Positions 19,316 to 29,052 of a stretch of 64,000 nucleotides of DNA are shown piece after piece. The translations under genes and the position numbers were made by a program. Every line of letters starts with the position of its first letter. Positions within the stretch are counted from its first letter, which is position 1. Origin of the DNA: a bacterium (GTDB lineage Bacteria > BMS3Abin14); NCBI GenBank assembly GCA_029210965.1, contig JARGFZ010000005.1, positions 37,901 through 101,900 of the forward strand. Reading direction: 5' to 3'. The notes beneath the pieces were generated by a model. That model had not been told where the DNA came from. It did no database searches and saw nothing but the letters and a program-made list of their open reading frames with translations.

Positions 19316-20071
19316 TCAGAAAATGAAATTCAGTTTGCCCATAACTGCAGAATCTGCTGAAAAATCATTGAGCCCGAACCCGACCGCCACGCCGAAGTTC
19401 AGGGAGGAACCCAAATCAAAAGTGGCGCCAGCGGCAAAAATATCATTGACCAGGGACTGGTCCATGATCTCCAGGGTGAACTCCGTGGTGTCCGAATAGG
19501 GGATCCCCACACCCACTACATAGATCATCTGGTTATCTGCATCCCCCCCCGGCATGAGATATTCCACGTTGAGGATGCCCCGGACACCCTTCATATCCAG
19601 TTCCGCGGCGCCGAAAATAGCGACGTCCGACTCCTCCGAGCTGAGGGGATAATCAGCCATGGGCAGTTTGATGCGAAGGCCCACAGCGGTGCCGGGATAA
19701 TCCGCGTCCTCTTCCAGAAGCGCGTATTTCGCGGCCAGATAGAGGTCACCTGTGCCGGTGTCGTCGACGCCTCCGCCGTAGTCGACGCTCTTGTAGACTT
19801 CAAAGGCTGCTGCGATCTCAACTTTCGAACTGGCGCCGAAGGTGACAGTCACCGGTACGCTGGTTATGTCACGGTTGTCATCACTGAGAATAAGTGCGGA
19901 ACCTCCCACAGCCAGAGCACCCGCCGGGATAACCGTTCCGCCTGTGGCCATGAACAGGCCGTCGAGCCCGTACAGGTTGGTCTTCAGCGGAGCTGCCATA
20001 GCCGATCCGGCGCCCACGGCAAGAACCGCTGCCATTACCGAAATGCACAAATAAACCCTCACCTTGCCCAT
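19316..20071 (-). CDS. outer-membrane beta-barrel protein (unassigned family)
   Basis: Signal peptide MGKVRVYLCISVMAAVLAVGAGSAMA. Alternating beta-strand pattern. C-terminal ..GKLNFIF (terminal Phe). GGAGG RBS. Confidence 0.7.
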   Translation of the reverse strand: MGKVRVYLCISVMAAVLAVGAGSAMAAPLKTNLYGLDGLFMATGGTVIPAGALAVGGSALILSDDNRDITSVPVTVTFGASSKVEIAAAFEVYKSVDYGGGVDDTGTGDLYLAAKYALLEEDADYPGTAVGLRIKLPMADYPLSSEESDVAIFGAAELDMKGVRGILNVEYLMPGGDADNQMIYVVGVGIPYSDTTEFTLEIMDQSLVNDIFAAGATFDLGSSLNFGVAVGFGLNDFSADSAVMGKLNFIF

Positions 20072-20594
20072 ATGTTCCTCCTTTTTATAATGTCACTCCA
20101 TAATTGATGACAGAATACAGCAGTTTGAAATTATGGGAAAGGGAGTTCTGATGTCAAACTCGAAATTCACTCACCTAAAAAACGCCGGCGAATTTCGAGT
20201 CTATAACAAAACCTTTAGAATCTGGTTAGTGTTGGATTATTCAGATCCAGGGTATTTCAGTTTACAGATTTTAAAATAACCACCCGTAGCTTCAACAATG
20301 GGACGGCTATTTTAAAATAAAAAGTCCCGATCGCCGGCAGGGTTAAGGAGGGGAGAAAGGGTTTGCCGCTGCCGGCGACCGGGGATGAGAAAGGAGCCTT
20401 CACTTCCCTTATTAGCAACCACCGTGCCAACTCAGAAAACAACGCATAAGTGTTTGATTTTATAATTGAATTTAATAAAACTACTGATTTATATCCCAGG
20501 CATAACCGTGCAGATAATGCACGTAATCTGTCTCGTTTCAAACGGCTGCGCATATTTTACGCTGCGTAACCCTGCGATGGTTACTTGTGATTTT

Positions 20595-20692
20595 CTCTGC
20601 GGCCCTCTGCGTTAAAGCTTTAGATGATTTATATGTAAATCGGGATTTACCCGGGATAGCTTCGCATGGTATCGGCTCGCGATGACAAACAT
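20595..20692. repeat. dispersed composite repeat (CTCTGCGGCCCTCTGCGTTAAAGCTTT ... CGCGATGACAAACA)
   Basis: Left module recurs at 28406-28470 and 61161-61187 (reverse complement at 61021-61045). Right module (CCGGGATAGCTTCGCATGG..GGCTCGCGATGACAA) recurs at 25478-25526. Confidence 0.75.
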
Positions 20693-20941
20693 GACTGAAT
20701 TCCAAGCGTATCTATTCACCTGGACACGTAGATACTTAGACACTTGGATACCGCACTTTCCTCTGCGTTCCTTGGCGTACTCTGCGGTTAAAAAGACGTC
20801 GCCCTTTATAGTAATCGTGCTTGCCCCAGGTTTCGGGAATTTACCCTGCGATGCGGCCTTCAGGTGGCCGAGCTGCCTACCCAGCGGTTAAGCTTCCATC
20901 GGTTTTAATGCTGGATTTTAGGTCCTTGCTTGGGACCAAAA

Positions 20942-20969
20942 AAAAGGGCCTCCCGAAGGAGGCCCTTTT
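20942..20969 (-). terminator. rho-independent terminator of the porin gene
   Basis: AAAAGGGCCTCC-CGAA-GGAGGCCCTTTT with an A-run on the low-coordinate side, giving a U-run on the minus strand. Lies 35 nt after the stop at 21004. Confidence 0.85.
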
Positions 20970-21003
20970 GCGATCTTTACTGCTTGTTCAGCTCTAAAGG
21001 ATC

Positions 21004-22092
21004 CTAGAACTTGAACTCAATGCGGTGCCACATTTCGGTCCAATCACCTATGGGAGCGTCGCCTTCGGTGTAGCTGCCGTATTTGGCCGCATAGCTGACG
21101 TTGTCGGCGAGCTTGTACTTCAGCCCTACGTCAAACTCTGTACCAAGGTCGTCGCCGACATCGTTCTCGGTCATCAGGAGCGCAGCGGCGTTGAGGCTCA
21201 GCTTGTCGTTTACGCTGTAGCCAAAGGTCAGCCAGAGGGCGGTGGCGTCTGCCAATACGCTGTTGATGTTGTCACCGTAGATGGCCACTGGCGACCAGTC
21301 GCTGCCGTCGTAGGCGGCACTATAATCATCACTGGAGGCAAAGTAGTTGACGCCAAGCTCAAAACCTACCAAGTCATCGAGAGCAAGCTCGAGGAGCATA
21401 AAGTTACCATCGAGGTCGCCGCCGTTAGCGCCGTACTCAAAGGCCACGCCCACGGGCCCGACGGGAACGGCAAGATCAAGACCGGTGTAGCTGTTTTCGG
21501 GAACGGTGACATCGTTCATCTCGGAGTAGCTGACCACATCCAGCTTGGTGAATGGTCCGGCCTCCTTGGCGCTGAGTTTAAGATACAGCGTGTCATCCTC
21601 GTCCTCGCCACCATCAACGGCCTTCATAAGGGCACCGCTTATGGAAACGGCGTCCATGCTGTAGGTCACCTGGATTTGTCTCTCGCCTGCACTGTCGGTA
21701 CCGATAGCGCGGCCAAAGGCAAGACCGTACTCACCGATCTTGACCTTGAGATTATCCATAGCGGACCACTCAACGTAGTAGTTGTCAACAATGTTGCTGA
21801 CGTTAGCATTAACGTGGCTGTTGCCCGCAAAGTCAGGCGTGTCGGCGATCTCCAGGCCAACAAAACCCTTAACGCCGCCCTGTATCATGGTAATGGAGAC
21901 ATCAAGGTCATCATCGAAAAAGTCGTTCTTGACATCGTTATAATCCCTTGACTCGCCGTCGAACTGATACCTACCGGTGAAGCCGATGGATCCCTCGGGG
22001 GAGTCATCATCACCGATGTGGATGGCCATGGCCGGAACGGTGAAAACAAGAGCAAGGGCCAGAGCCAGCAGAATGATTGAAAGTTTCTTCAT
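21004..22092 (-). CDS. outer-membrane porin-like beta-barrel protein
   Basis: Signal peptide MKKLSIILLALALALVFTVPAMA. Asp/Gly-rich amphipathic strands. C-terminal WHRIEFKF. GGAGGG RBS. Stop is TAG. Confidence 0.75.
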   Translation of the reverse strand: MKKLSIILLALALALVFTVPAMAIHIGDDDSPEGSIGFTGRYQFDGESRDYNDVKNDFFDDDLDVSITMIQGGVKGFVGLEIADTPDFAGNSHVNANVSNIVDNYYVEWSAMDNLKVKIGEYGLAFGRAIGTDSAGERQIQVTYSMDAVSISGALMKAVDGGEDEDDTLYLKLSAKEAGPFTKLDVVSYSEMNDVTVPENSYTGLDLAVPVGPVGVAFEYGANGGDLDGNFMLLELALDDLVGFELGVNYFASSDDYSAAYDGSDWSPVAIYGDNINSVLADATALWLTFGYSVNDKLSLNAAALLMTENDVGDDLGTEFDVGLKYKLADNVSYAAKYGSYTEGDAPIGDWTEMWHRIEFKF

Positions 22093-22680
22093 TTTTCCCT
22101 CCTTAAATTTCTTAAGGGTTTGTTGTTAAAGTTTGTTAAAAAGTCAATTCGATTGCAACCAAAATTATTCCGGGTAATACCTGGTACCTAGGGTATGATT
22201 CTGCGGATATCCCCTCCTTTCTTTTGGTTTCCTTTCTCTATAACTGAAACCGGGCGTCCACACCAAAAGGCGGATCCCGCGTGGGAACCTGGACTTTTCC
22301 CTACCCGGTGGACACTTATCGCATCTTGATTTCGTGAGAAGTTAGCACTACACCTCATCCCTTGTCAAGCCGATTTTGTCGGTTTTTCCGTTATTCCCCA
22401 AGGGTTAAGGGGCGAGCGGGGGTCCCTCGGGGAGGTCGTATCTGCCATGCAGTATACAACCAGACCCTACTGTTTGCAAGAGGTTTGCGTGGGTAGAATG
22501 CTATTTTATTATCAGGTTCTACCCCTCGGCCAGAACTGTCTGACAACCACAATAACTGTTTTAAATCAAGTGGTTAAGGTTGTCAGACCAGAACTAACCT
22601 TATTTAAAAATGTGGGTGGCGGGGTTTGGGGATCCAACCGCCCAGTTTAAAGTGGCACTTGCCGGTGTTCGGTAGAAATT

Positions 22681-22740
22681 GTTTGAGGTTTGAGGTTTGA
22701 GGAAAATAGTCCTACGCCCTACGTCCAATGTCCAATGCCT
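22681..22740. repeat. heptamer arrays (TTTGAGG x3; CCTACGC/GTCCAAT words)
   Basis: GTTTGAGGTTTGAGGTTTGAGG ... CCTACGCCCTACGTCCAATGTCCAATGCCT. Confidence 0.85.
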
Positions 22741-22880
22741 GCCCCTGGCTTGAACAGGGGTCCAATGTCCTACCGTATCATCATTCTCTCTCCGATTCTT
22801 CCCTTCCCCGTTTTGTCCCGCAGGCACATCCCTCGCCCTGTCCCCGTGCTTGCCACGCCGTAGCTTCAGCAAAGGCGGGT

Positions 22881-22959
22881 CCCCGCGTCTCCGTGTCTCC
22901 CTGTCCAGCGACTTTCCCAACTTCTTCCCCGACACCCCGTTACCCCGACACCCCGTTAC
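22881..22959. repeat. heptamer array (CGTCTCC type) and 14-mer x2 (CCCCGACACCCCGTTA)
   Basis: CCCCGCGTCTCCGTGTCTCCCTGTCC ... CCCCGACACCCCGTTACCCCGACACCCCGTTAC, just downstream of the ligase gene stop. Confidence 0.85.
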
Positions 22960-22984
22960 AGATGCCTGCCCATTGAGGCCGCGT

Positions 22985-24307
22985 TCAGTCCGCTGCCCCA
23001 TAGCGCCCGCTGCCCCGACGGTAGTCGAGGATCCTGTAGGAGGTCCCCTCCCCCATAGCGAGAGTGCCGGGAGGCATGATCTCCACGATGGGTGTAACGG
23101 TGAGGTAGGATCGGATGGTGCTGGTAAGACGGTGAGCGAGTTCAGATGAAGGTGTGCGGACCCCGTCTTTGACCTCCACCTTGATGAGCAGCCGGTCCAG
23201 CCCCCGGAGGGAGTCCAGGAGGACATGGAAGGGCCCCAGTTCGGGCATCTGATGGATCACGTCCTGGATCCTGGAAGGATAGATAATAAAGCCGCCGATG
23301 GAAAGGGCGCCGTCCGACCTTCCAAAAATGCGGCGGACTCTCGGGTGGGTGCGTCCGCACATGCAGCGGTCCCAGGTGACACGGGACATGTCGTGACTCC
23401 TGAAGCGGATGACCGCGGTGGCCTCGGCCGACAGCCAGGTCCACACAAGCTCCCCCTGGTTCCCCTCGGCAACAGGTTCCCCCGTTTCCTGGTCCACACA
23501 CTCCAACAGAAAATCGTCGGCCCAGGAGTGCATGCCCCTCTCCACCCGGCACTGGCAGGCCATGCCCGGACCCAGGAACTCGTTCATGCCGTACTCGCCA
23601 AAGGCGTTGAGTCCAAGCAGCTCTCCGAGGCGTTCCTTCATCTGGGTGCCTGTGGGTTCGGCACCGAAAAGACCCACCCGCAGCTGGGACTCCTTGGCCA
23701 GATCGATCCCCCGTTCGTGGGCCCTCATCCCGAGGTAGAAAGCGTAGGAGGGCATCATGGTGAGTCCGGTGACCCCGAGATCCAGGATGAGGTCGATCTG
23801 CCGATCAGTACTGCCTATGCTGGCCGGGATACTGGTCATTCCGGCGGTCATGGCCCCGTAGTGGAACCCGAAGCCTCCGGTGGACATGCCGAACCGGAAG
23901 GCGTTCTGCACAATATCCCCGGACCTCAATCCCGCCATCCAGAGGATCCGGGCGCACCGCTCCCCCCACCTCTCGATATCCTTTTCAGTAGCGAATATTG
24001 GGAATATGTGGCGCGTAAGAGTGGTGGAGGCGTGGAACTCACGGACCATGGAATAAGGGGCCATGAGGTGCCCATGGGGGTAGGCTTCCTGCAGAACGCG
24101 CTTGTCCACGAAGGGCAGGTGCCTCACATCGGCCAGGGTCTGGATGTCTCCGGGGCTGACCCCCGCTTTACGGTACAGATCCCGGTAGAAGGGGCAGTTG
24201 TGGTAAGCGCGGTCCACCAGGTCCCGCAGCAGGCGGGCCTGGATCTCCTCGAGCCTCTCACGGGGCATGGTTTCTATTTCCTGGTTCCAGTAGGTACCGT
24301 CGGGCAT
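22985..24307 (-). CDS. phenylacetate-CoA ligase family enzyme (PaaK / F390-synthetase-like), copy 1
   Basis: 440 aa. N-terminus YWNQEIETMPRERLEEIQARLLRDLVDRAY..FYRDLY..PGDI..L.D...LPF is typical of PaaK-type adenylating ligases. Confidence 0.85.
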   Translation of the reverse strand: MPDGTYWNQEIETMPRERLEEIQARLLRDLVDRAYHNCPFYRDLYRKAGVSPGDIQTLADVRHLPFVDKRVLQEAYPHGHLMAPYSMVREFHASTTLTRHIFPIFATEKDIERWGERCARILWMAGLRSGDIVQNAFRFGMSTGGFGFHYGAMTAGMTSIPASIGSTDRQIDLILDLGVTGLTMMPSYAFYLGMRAHERGIDLAKESQLRVGLFGAEPTGTQMKERLGELLGLNAFGEYGMNEFLGPGMACQCRVERGMHSWADDFLLECVDQETGEPVAEGNQGELVWTWLSAEATAVIRFRSHDMSRVTWDRCMCGRTHPRVRRIFGRSDGALSIGGFIIYPSRIQDVIHQMPELGPFHVLLDSLRGLDRLLIKVEVKDGVRTPSSELAHRLTSTIRSYLTVTPIVEIMPPGTLAMGEGTSYRILDYRRGSGRYGAAD

Positions 24308-24494
24308 AAGGAAGTTTCCAGTTTATAAATTATAGTTTACAGGTGACGGTTAAGGATCAGGGCTATCCAACTGCCTGATACAGGAAGCCAGTCTCTTGGC
24401 CAGAAACAGCTTCACGGGAGTTGATTATACAGTATCAGGTATACCGGTGGAACGGGATATCGGTGAAGGTGTGAAAAAAACCGCTCGACACTAA

Positions 24495-24545
24495 GACGCG
24501 GGGACGCGGGGGAGAGCGGACGCGGGGACGCGGTGACACGGAGAT
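24495..24545. repeat. heptamer/octamer array (GACGCGG type)
   Basis: GACGCGGGGACGCGGGGGAGAGCGGACGCGGGGACGCGGTGACACGGAGAT. Confidence 0.85.
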
Positions 24546-24805
24546 AGATCTGCCAGGTGCGAGGAACTTCTTGGTGCCAGGTCGTTACACGTTCCAGGTT
24601 CTCACCTCGATACGTTGATACATAGATACGTAGACACAGCCTTACCCGGAATGACCCGTCTTCGTCCTTGGGCGTCGCCTATAGCTGTGCCCTCACAAGT
24701 CGGACTTCGCCGTGGCAGGCGGAGTACCTACTCCTTATCCCAGTTATCCCCTTCATCCCTTTTAAAAAGGGCAGTGCAAAGTGTAATGTGCAGCGTGTAG
24801 AGTAA

Positions 24806-24840
24806 GGACCTTGGACCTTGGACTTTGGACGTTGGACTCA
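24806..24840. repeat. heptamer array GGACNTT x5
   Basis: GGACCTT GGACCTT GGACTTT GGACGTT GGACTCA, ending 6 nt before the epimerase stop codon. Confidence 0.9.
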
Positions 24841-24845
24841 TAGAA

Positions 24846-25247
24846 TTAGCCCTTCTGGGCTAATTCTATGAGCACCCCTCCTGTGCTCTTCGGATGCAGG
24901 AACGCAACCAGCGTCCCGTGGGCACCGTGCCTCGGTACCTTATCCACCAGCTCAACTCCAGCCGCCTCGAGCCTTTTGAGCTCCGCCCGGATGTCGTAGA
25001 CCTCGAAGCACAGGTGGTGGATCCCCCCTCCCTTTTTCTCCAGGAATTTGGCCATGGCGCTGTCCTCTTTGACCGGCTGGACCAGCTCCACGCTGCCGGT
25101 TTCCATGGGCAGGAAGCCCACCTTCACCCCGAAACCGGGAACGTCGTCAACGCTCTCGACCTCAAAACCGAGGTTCCGATAGACCTCGATGGAGGCTTCA
25201 AGGTCTTCTACCGCTATGCCGATGTGGTCTAATTTGGGCTTTTTCAT
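24846..25247 (-). CDS. mce: methylmalonyl-CoA epimerase (VOC/glyoxalase fold)
   Basis: 133 aa from MKKPKLDHIGIAVEDLEASIEVY.. with GGGIHHLCFEV. Sits in the methylmalonyl-CoA pathway neighbourhood. Confidence 0.88.
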   Translation of the reverse strand: MKKPKLDHIGIAVEDLEASIEVYRNLGFEVESVDDVPGFGVKVGFLPMETGSVELVQPVKEDSAMAKFLEKKGGGIHHLCFEVYDIRAELKRLEAAGVELVDKVPRHGAHGTLVAFLHPKSTGGVLIELAQKG

Positions 25248-25274
25248 AAACACCTCGCACATGACACGGGGACA

Positions 25275-25291
25275 TCACGCCTCTGGCGTGA
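25275..25291. promoter_or_regulatory. TCACGCC-N3-GGCGTGA palindrome
   Basis: CATCACGCC TCT GGCGTGAC, about 30 nt upstream of the epimerase start. Confidence 0.4.
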
Positions 25292-25443
25292 CAGGCTTCA
25301 GGCCCGGGGATACGGAGAAAAATTTTTTCAGCGTCGCTCCGTTCCCCTTGACTAAGGTTTTCTCAATGCCCTCACTGACCTCTGTGGTAAAAAAGCATCG
25401 CCTAACCGTGCCTTCGTTCAGATTGAGACCTCCCTCCGCCAGT

Positions 25444-25526
25444 CTCCGTGCCTCCGTGGTAAAAATAACCGCTTACATGGAAACCGGGATCGCTTCACAT
25501 GGGTTATGGTTCGCGATGACAAGCAC
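25444..25526. repeat. copy of the composite dispersed repeat seen at 20595-20692
   Basis: CTCCGTGCCTCCGTGGTAAAAATAACC..ACCGGGATCGCTTCACATGGGTTATGGTTCGCGATGACAAGCAC. Confidence 0.7.
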
Positions 25527-25694
25527 TGTTGGATTCCGGATCCTCGTTTTCCGTCGTCGTCCTTCGATTCAACTCAGGACTATGCCGCGACAAGCTACTC
25601 GGCCCGGAAGGACGGAGGAGTGTTTGGGGTTTTCCTTATCCCCTTTACTCCCTTCATCCCTGTTAAACTCGCCTTTATGTTTTGCTTTTGAATG

Positions 25695-25750
25695 TTGATA
25701 GAGTCGCAAAAAATCCAATCCGGGACTTTTTGCGAAGTCATCAATGTTGA
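25695..25750 (+). repeat. short version of the multi-hairpin element (terminal hairpins only)
   Basis: TTGATAGAGTCGCAAAAAATCC-AATCC-GGGACTTTTTGCGAAGTCATCAATGTTG. Confidence 0.7.
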
Positions 25751-25898
25751 ACGCTTGCCACTACCGCACCTCAGGTTCCAAGTTCCATGTTACAGGTTTC
25801 GGGTTTCAGATATTACCTCGACACCTAGATACGTAGATACCTAGTTACAGCCTTATCTCTCCTTTTCCCCTTGTCCCCTCTTCTCCTTTTCCTGTGAT

Positions 25899-27557
25899 TC
25901 ACTGCGGCCGATGGATTCCAAAAACACGCCGCAATGAATCAGAAACCTCCCCCAGGGTCGCATAGGCACTCACTGATTCCCGGATAAGGGGCATCAGGTT
26001 GGAATGACCTTTGGCCCCGTCTTCCAGGGCTTTTAACCTGGCATCCACCTCCGCCTGGTTCCGGCGGCTCCGCACAGCCCGGACCCTCTCCACCTGGGAT
26101 TTTTCCAGCTCCGGGTCCACCTTGAGAAGCTCACCGGCGAACCCCTCTTCCTTCACAGTAAAGGCGTTGACTCCTACCACGATCTGGTCCCCTGATTCTA
26201 TCTCCATCTGGTACCGGTAGGCCGCCTCCTCGATCTCCCTGGCCTGGAAACCGGCATCAATAGCCTTCACCGCGCCGCCCAACTGGTCGATGCGTTCAAT
26301 GTACTGTCCGGCCTGAGCCTCGATGGAGCCGGTCAAGGCTTCAATGGCGTAGGAACCTGCAAGGGGGTCGATGGTGCTGGCGACACCGCTTTCACTGGCG
26401 ATGATCTGCTGTGTCCTGAGGGCGATTCGCACCGAGTCCTCGGTGGGGAGTGCCAGGGCCTCGTCCCTGGAGTTGGTGTGCAGGGATTGGGTCCCGCCCA
26501 GGACAGCGGCCAGGGCCTGGATGGCCACCCGGACCACGTTGTTCTCCGGCTGCTGGGCGGTGAGGGAACAGCCTGCCGTCTGGGTGTGAAACCGGAGCAT
26601 CCACGAATTGGGGTTCTTCGCGGCAAACCGGTCCCGCATGATGCCGGCCCACAGGCGCCGGGCCGCCCGAAACTTGGCCACCTCCTCCAGAAAATCGTTG
26701 TGCACGTTGAAGAAAAAGGACAGCCGTGAGGCAAAAAGATCAACATCAAGACCGCTTTCAATGGCTGCCTGGACGTAGGCGATGCCGTCGGCAAGGGTAA
26801 AAGCAACCTCCTGGGCTGCCGTGCTGCCCGCCTCCCTCATATGATAACCGCTTATACTGATCGTATTGAACTGGGGCATCTGGTCTATGCAGTAGGCGAA
26901 GATATCGGTGATGATCCTCATGGATGGGGCGGGAGGAAAGATGTAGGTACCCCGGGCGATGTATTCCTTGAGGACGTCGTTCTGGATGGTTCCCCTGAGC
27001 TTTGCCGACGCCACCCCCTGCTTCGCCCCAACCTCCGCATAAAAGGATAGAAGGGTCGAAGCCGTTGAATTGATCGTCATGGAGGTACTGACTTTGTCGA
27101 GGGGGATCTGGTCAAAGAGGGTCTCAACATCGTCAAGGGAATCGATGGCCACACCCACCCGGCCCACCTCTCCCTCCGCCATAGGGTGGTCCGAGTCGTA
27201 CCCCATCTGGGTAGGAAGATCAAAAGCCACGGAAAGCCCCGTCTGGCCCTGGTCAAGGAGGTATCTGTAACGCAGGTTCGACTCCTGGGCCGTCCCGAAA
27301 CCGGCGTACTGGCGCATGGTCCAGAACTGACCCCGGTACATGCTTGGACGCACACCCCTTGTGAAAGGAAATTCCCCCGGGAACCCGAGATCTGTCGTGT
27401 AATCGAGGTCCTGAACGTCCGCCGGAGTGTAGAGGGGTTTGACCTCCTGCCCGGAGATCGTGGTGAAGATATCTTTCCGCTCGGGCCTTTTTTCGACGGC
27501 GGGACGGTAGGTTTCTGATTCCCAGAGTTCCAACTGCTTTTTCATGTCTTTACTCAT
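25899..27557 (-). CDS. methylmalonyl-CoA mutase, large catalytic subunit (no B12-binding domain)
   Basis: 552 aa from [13 protein letters not shown]. Acyl-CoA mutase TIM-barrel. Substrate-specificity residues Tyr ([16 protein letters not shown]) and Arg ([11 protein letters not shown]) are of the MCM type. Confidence 0.9.
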   Translation of the reverse strand: MSKDMKKQLELWESETYRPAVEKRPERKDIFTTISGQEVKPLYTPADVQDLDYTTDLGFPGEFPFTRGVRPSMYRGQFWTMRQYAGFGTAQESNLRYRYLLDQGQTGLSVAFDLPTQMGYDSDHPMAEGEVGRVGVAIDSLDDVETLFDQIPLDKVSTSMTINSTASTLLSFYAEVGAKQGVASAKLRGTIQNDVLKEYIARGTYIFPPAPSMRIITDIFAYCIDQMPQFNTISISGYHMREAGSTAAQEVAFTLADGIAYVQAAIESGLDVDLFASRLSFFFNVHNDFLEEVAKFRAARRLWAGIMRDRFAAKNPNSWMLRFHTQTAGCSLTAQQPENNVVRVAIQALAAVLGGTQSLHTNSRDEALALPTEDSVRIALRTQQIIASESGVASTIDPLAGSYAIEALTGSIEAQAGQYIERIDQLGGAVKAIDAGFQAREIEEAAYRYQMEIESGDQIVVGVNAFTVKEEGFAGELLKVDPELEKSQVERVRAVRSRRNQAEVDARLKALEDGAKGHSNLMPLIRESVSAYATLGEVSDSLRRVFGIHRPQ

Positions 27558-27584
27558 AATTAAGAACCTCAAATATTATATATT

Positions 27585-27608
27585 CTCCCCTCCCTTGAGG
27601 GGAGGGGA
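27585..27608. repeat. G/C palindrome CTCCCCTCCC-TTGA-GGGGAGGGG
   Basis: Read directly. Lies between the mutase start and the DUF559 remnant. Related palindrome at 28137-28159. Confidence 0.75.
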
Positions 27609-27957
27609 TCAAGGGGAGGGTGAGTCGGCATTTCGCATGATATCCTCAATCACATCTTCGGTTTCATTTAATGCCTGATTGTTCCAGTACCTTAAGACGA
27701 TGCAACCCTCTTCCTTGAGCCATGAATCTCGCACTCTATCATTTTCATCGCCCAGATGCTGCCCACCATCCAATTCAATGATGAGTTTCTTATCCAGACA
27801 TACTAAAGTCCACAATATATTTTCCAATAGGATGTTGTCTTCGGAACTTCAGACCCAACATCTGACGTGATCGTATGCGTGACCAAAGACATTGTTCGGC
27901 ATCGGTCAAGTTTTTGCGAAGGGTTCTTGATCTTGGTGTTTTGTGGGTTGTTATAGT
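27609..27957 (-). pseudogene. DUF559 (Vsr/endonuclease-fold) gene remnant, frameshifted and lacking a start codon
   Basis: C-terminal frame reads VCLDKKLIIELDGGQHLGDENDRVRDSWLKEEGCIVLRYWNNQ. N-terminal part (RKNLTDAEQCLWSRIRSRQMLGLKFRRQHPIGKYIVDF) is in another frame, with a 1-nt slip near 27804-27808. No ATG/GTG start upstream. Confidence 0.65.
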
Positions 27958-28136
27958 TCACCCCCACCTCAATCCTCCTCCCTCAAGCCGTCTTCGCATC
28001 AAGCTACGCCGTGCCAGGCAGGGGGAGGAAGAATACTGAAAGTGTTTTATTTTATGCCCCACCTCGGCTTGTCCCGCCATAGCTTTAGCGACGGCGGATC
28101 TTCCCCCCTCGGTAAACACTTTCCCCCTCACCCCTG

Positions 28137-28159
28137 CCCTCTCCCCCCAGGGGAGAGGG
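28137..28159. repeat. G/C palindrome CCCTCTCCCC-CCA-GGGGAGAGGG
   Basis: Read directly. Lies on the far side of the DUF559 remnant. Confidence 0.75.
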
Positions 28160-28405
28160 AGAGTAAGGAAATGGACTACTGGGAGGGGAAGAAGAATTGG
28201 GAACATGTCTGATTTATTTCCCCTTCGACAAACTCAGGGTCCTCGCAATGACCGGTCTTCGCTTTCAGCCTCCCTTTTCGCCTTTGGCTTCACCGCGACA
28301 AGTCGCCGTGGCAGGTAAGTGCGACTGGATTCCGGCTCACGGCGTCCGGCCGTGTCCGGAATGACGGAAGTATTGTTAACCGCTTTTTCCCCGGACTAAA
28401 GGTTA

Positions 28406-28543
28406 CTTTGCGGCCCTTTGCGGTGCGGCCTTTTGGTGGCCGCTCTGCGGAACTCTGCGTTAAAGCTTTTATCGTATGTCGAGGATTGCCGAGGGGCGAT
28501 AATCCCGCCATCAGCGGGACAGATGATGTGCTATTGGCAGCCG
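28406..28543. repeat. two juxtaposed dispersed repeat modules
   Basis: CTTTGCGGCCCTTTGCGG..CTCTGCGGAACTCTGCGTTAAAGCTTTT (as at 20595 and 61161), then ATGTCGAGGATTGCCGAGGGGCGATAATCCCGCCATCAGCGGGACAG.. (as at 33064-33151). Confidence 0.75.
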
Positions 28544-28551
28544 TTTTCACG

Positions 28552-29052
28552 CTACTCCACCACCACCAGGAGCGCTCCCGATTCAACCGTCGCCCCTTCT
28601 TCAACTCCGATCTTTTTAATCAAACCCGCCTTTGGCGATTTGATCTCGTTCTCCATCTTCATGGCCTCGACCACGATAAGACCTTGCCCTTGCTCGACCT
28701 CGTCCCCCTCTCCCACCAGGATCTTGACGATCTTGCCGGGCATGGAGGATTTGATCTCCTGGACCCCTTCAACGCCCATAGCTGCACTCTTTTTAAGGAG
28801 CGCTTTCCGTTCATCGAAAAGTTCAAAATCAAAGTGTTCCCCTTCGATGAGCACCTTGTGGACATCTTTGTCGCTATGGATGTCTACCTGGTAGGAACGG
28901 CCATCTATCAGGATGGACAACAGATCACTCTGGGTCCACCGGAGGTCCACCACGTGCTCCCTGTCGCCGATAGTGACTGTGGTGCTGCCCTCTTTGTCTT
29001 TACCTATGCTGACCGGGCTCTGCTCTCCCTCAATAATCGCTATGTAAGCCAT
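28552..29052 (-). CDS. biotin carboxyl carrier protein (biotinyl domain)
   Basis: 166 aa from MAYIAIIEG, with AGGAGG RBS. C-terminal biotinyl domain with the EAMKMENEI motif. Start overlaps the biotin carboxylase stop. Confidence 0.88.
   Translation of the reverse strand: MAYIAIIEGEQSPVSIGKDKEGSTTVTIGDREHVVDLRWTQSDLLSILIDGRSYQVDIHSDKDVHKVLIEGEHFDFELFDERKALLKKSAAMGVEGVQEIKSSMPGKIVKILVGEGDEVEQGQGLIVVEAMKMENEIKSPKAGLIKKIGVEEGATVESGALLVVVE

Noticed and set aside
20257-20553. 98-aa ORF in the 930-bp spacer; likewise 22447-22650, 22600-23226, 13280-13531 and 32955-33436
   Set aside because: They lie in repeat-rich intergenic DNA with no RBS. Their low-complexity or Pro/Arg/Ser-rich translations are produced by reading through repeat arrays.
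21025-21951. 308-aa plus-strand ORF
   Set aside because: It is antisense to the porin gene. The porin has a signal peptide, an RBS, a C-terminal Phe and a terminator.
23225-24328. 367-aa plus-strand ORF, with similar ORFs at 42819-43691 and 43692-44318
   Set aside because: They are antisense to the two PaaK-like ligase genes and have no independent support.
24495-24840. CRISPR array, considered also for other repeat-dense spacers such as 48954-49128
   Set aside because: The repeat units are only 7-8 nt and directly tandem, or imperfect. There is no 25-40-nt constant repeat alternating with unique spacers, and no cas genes.
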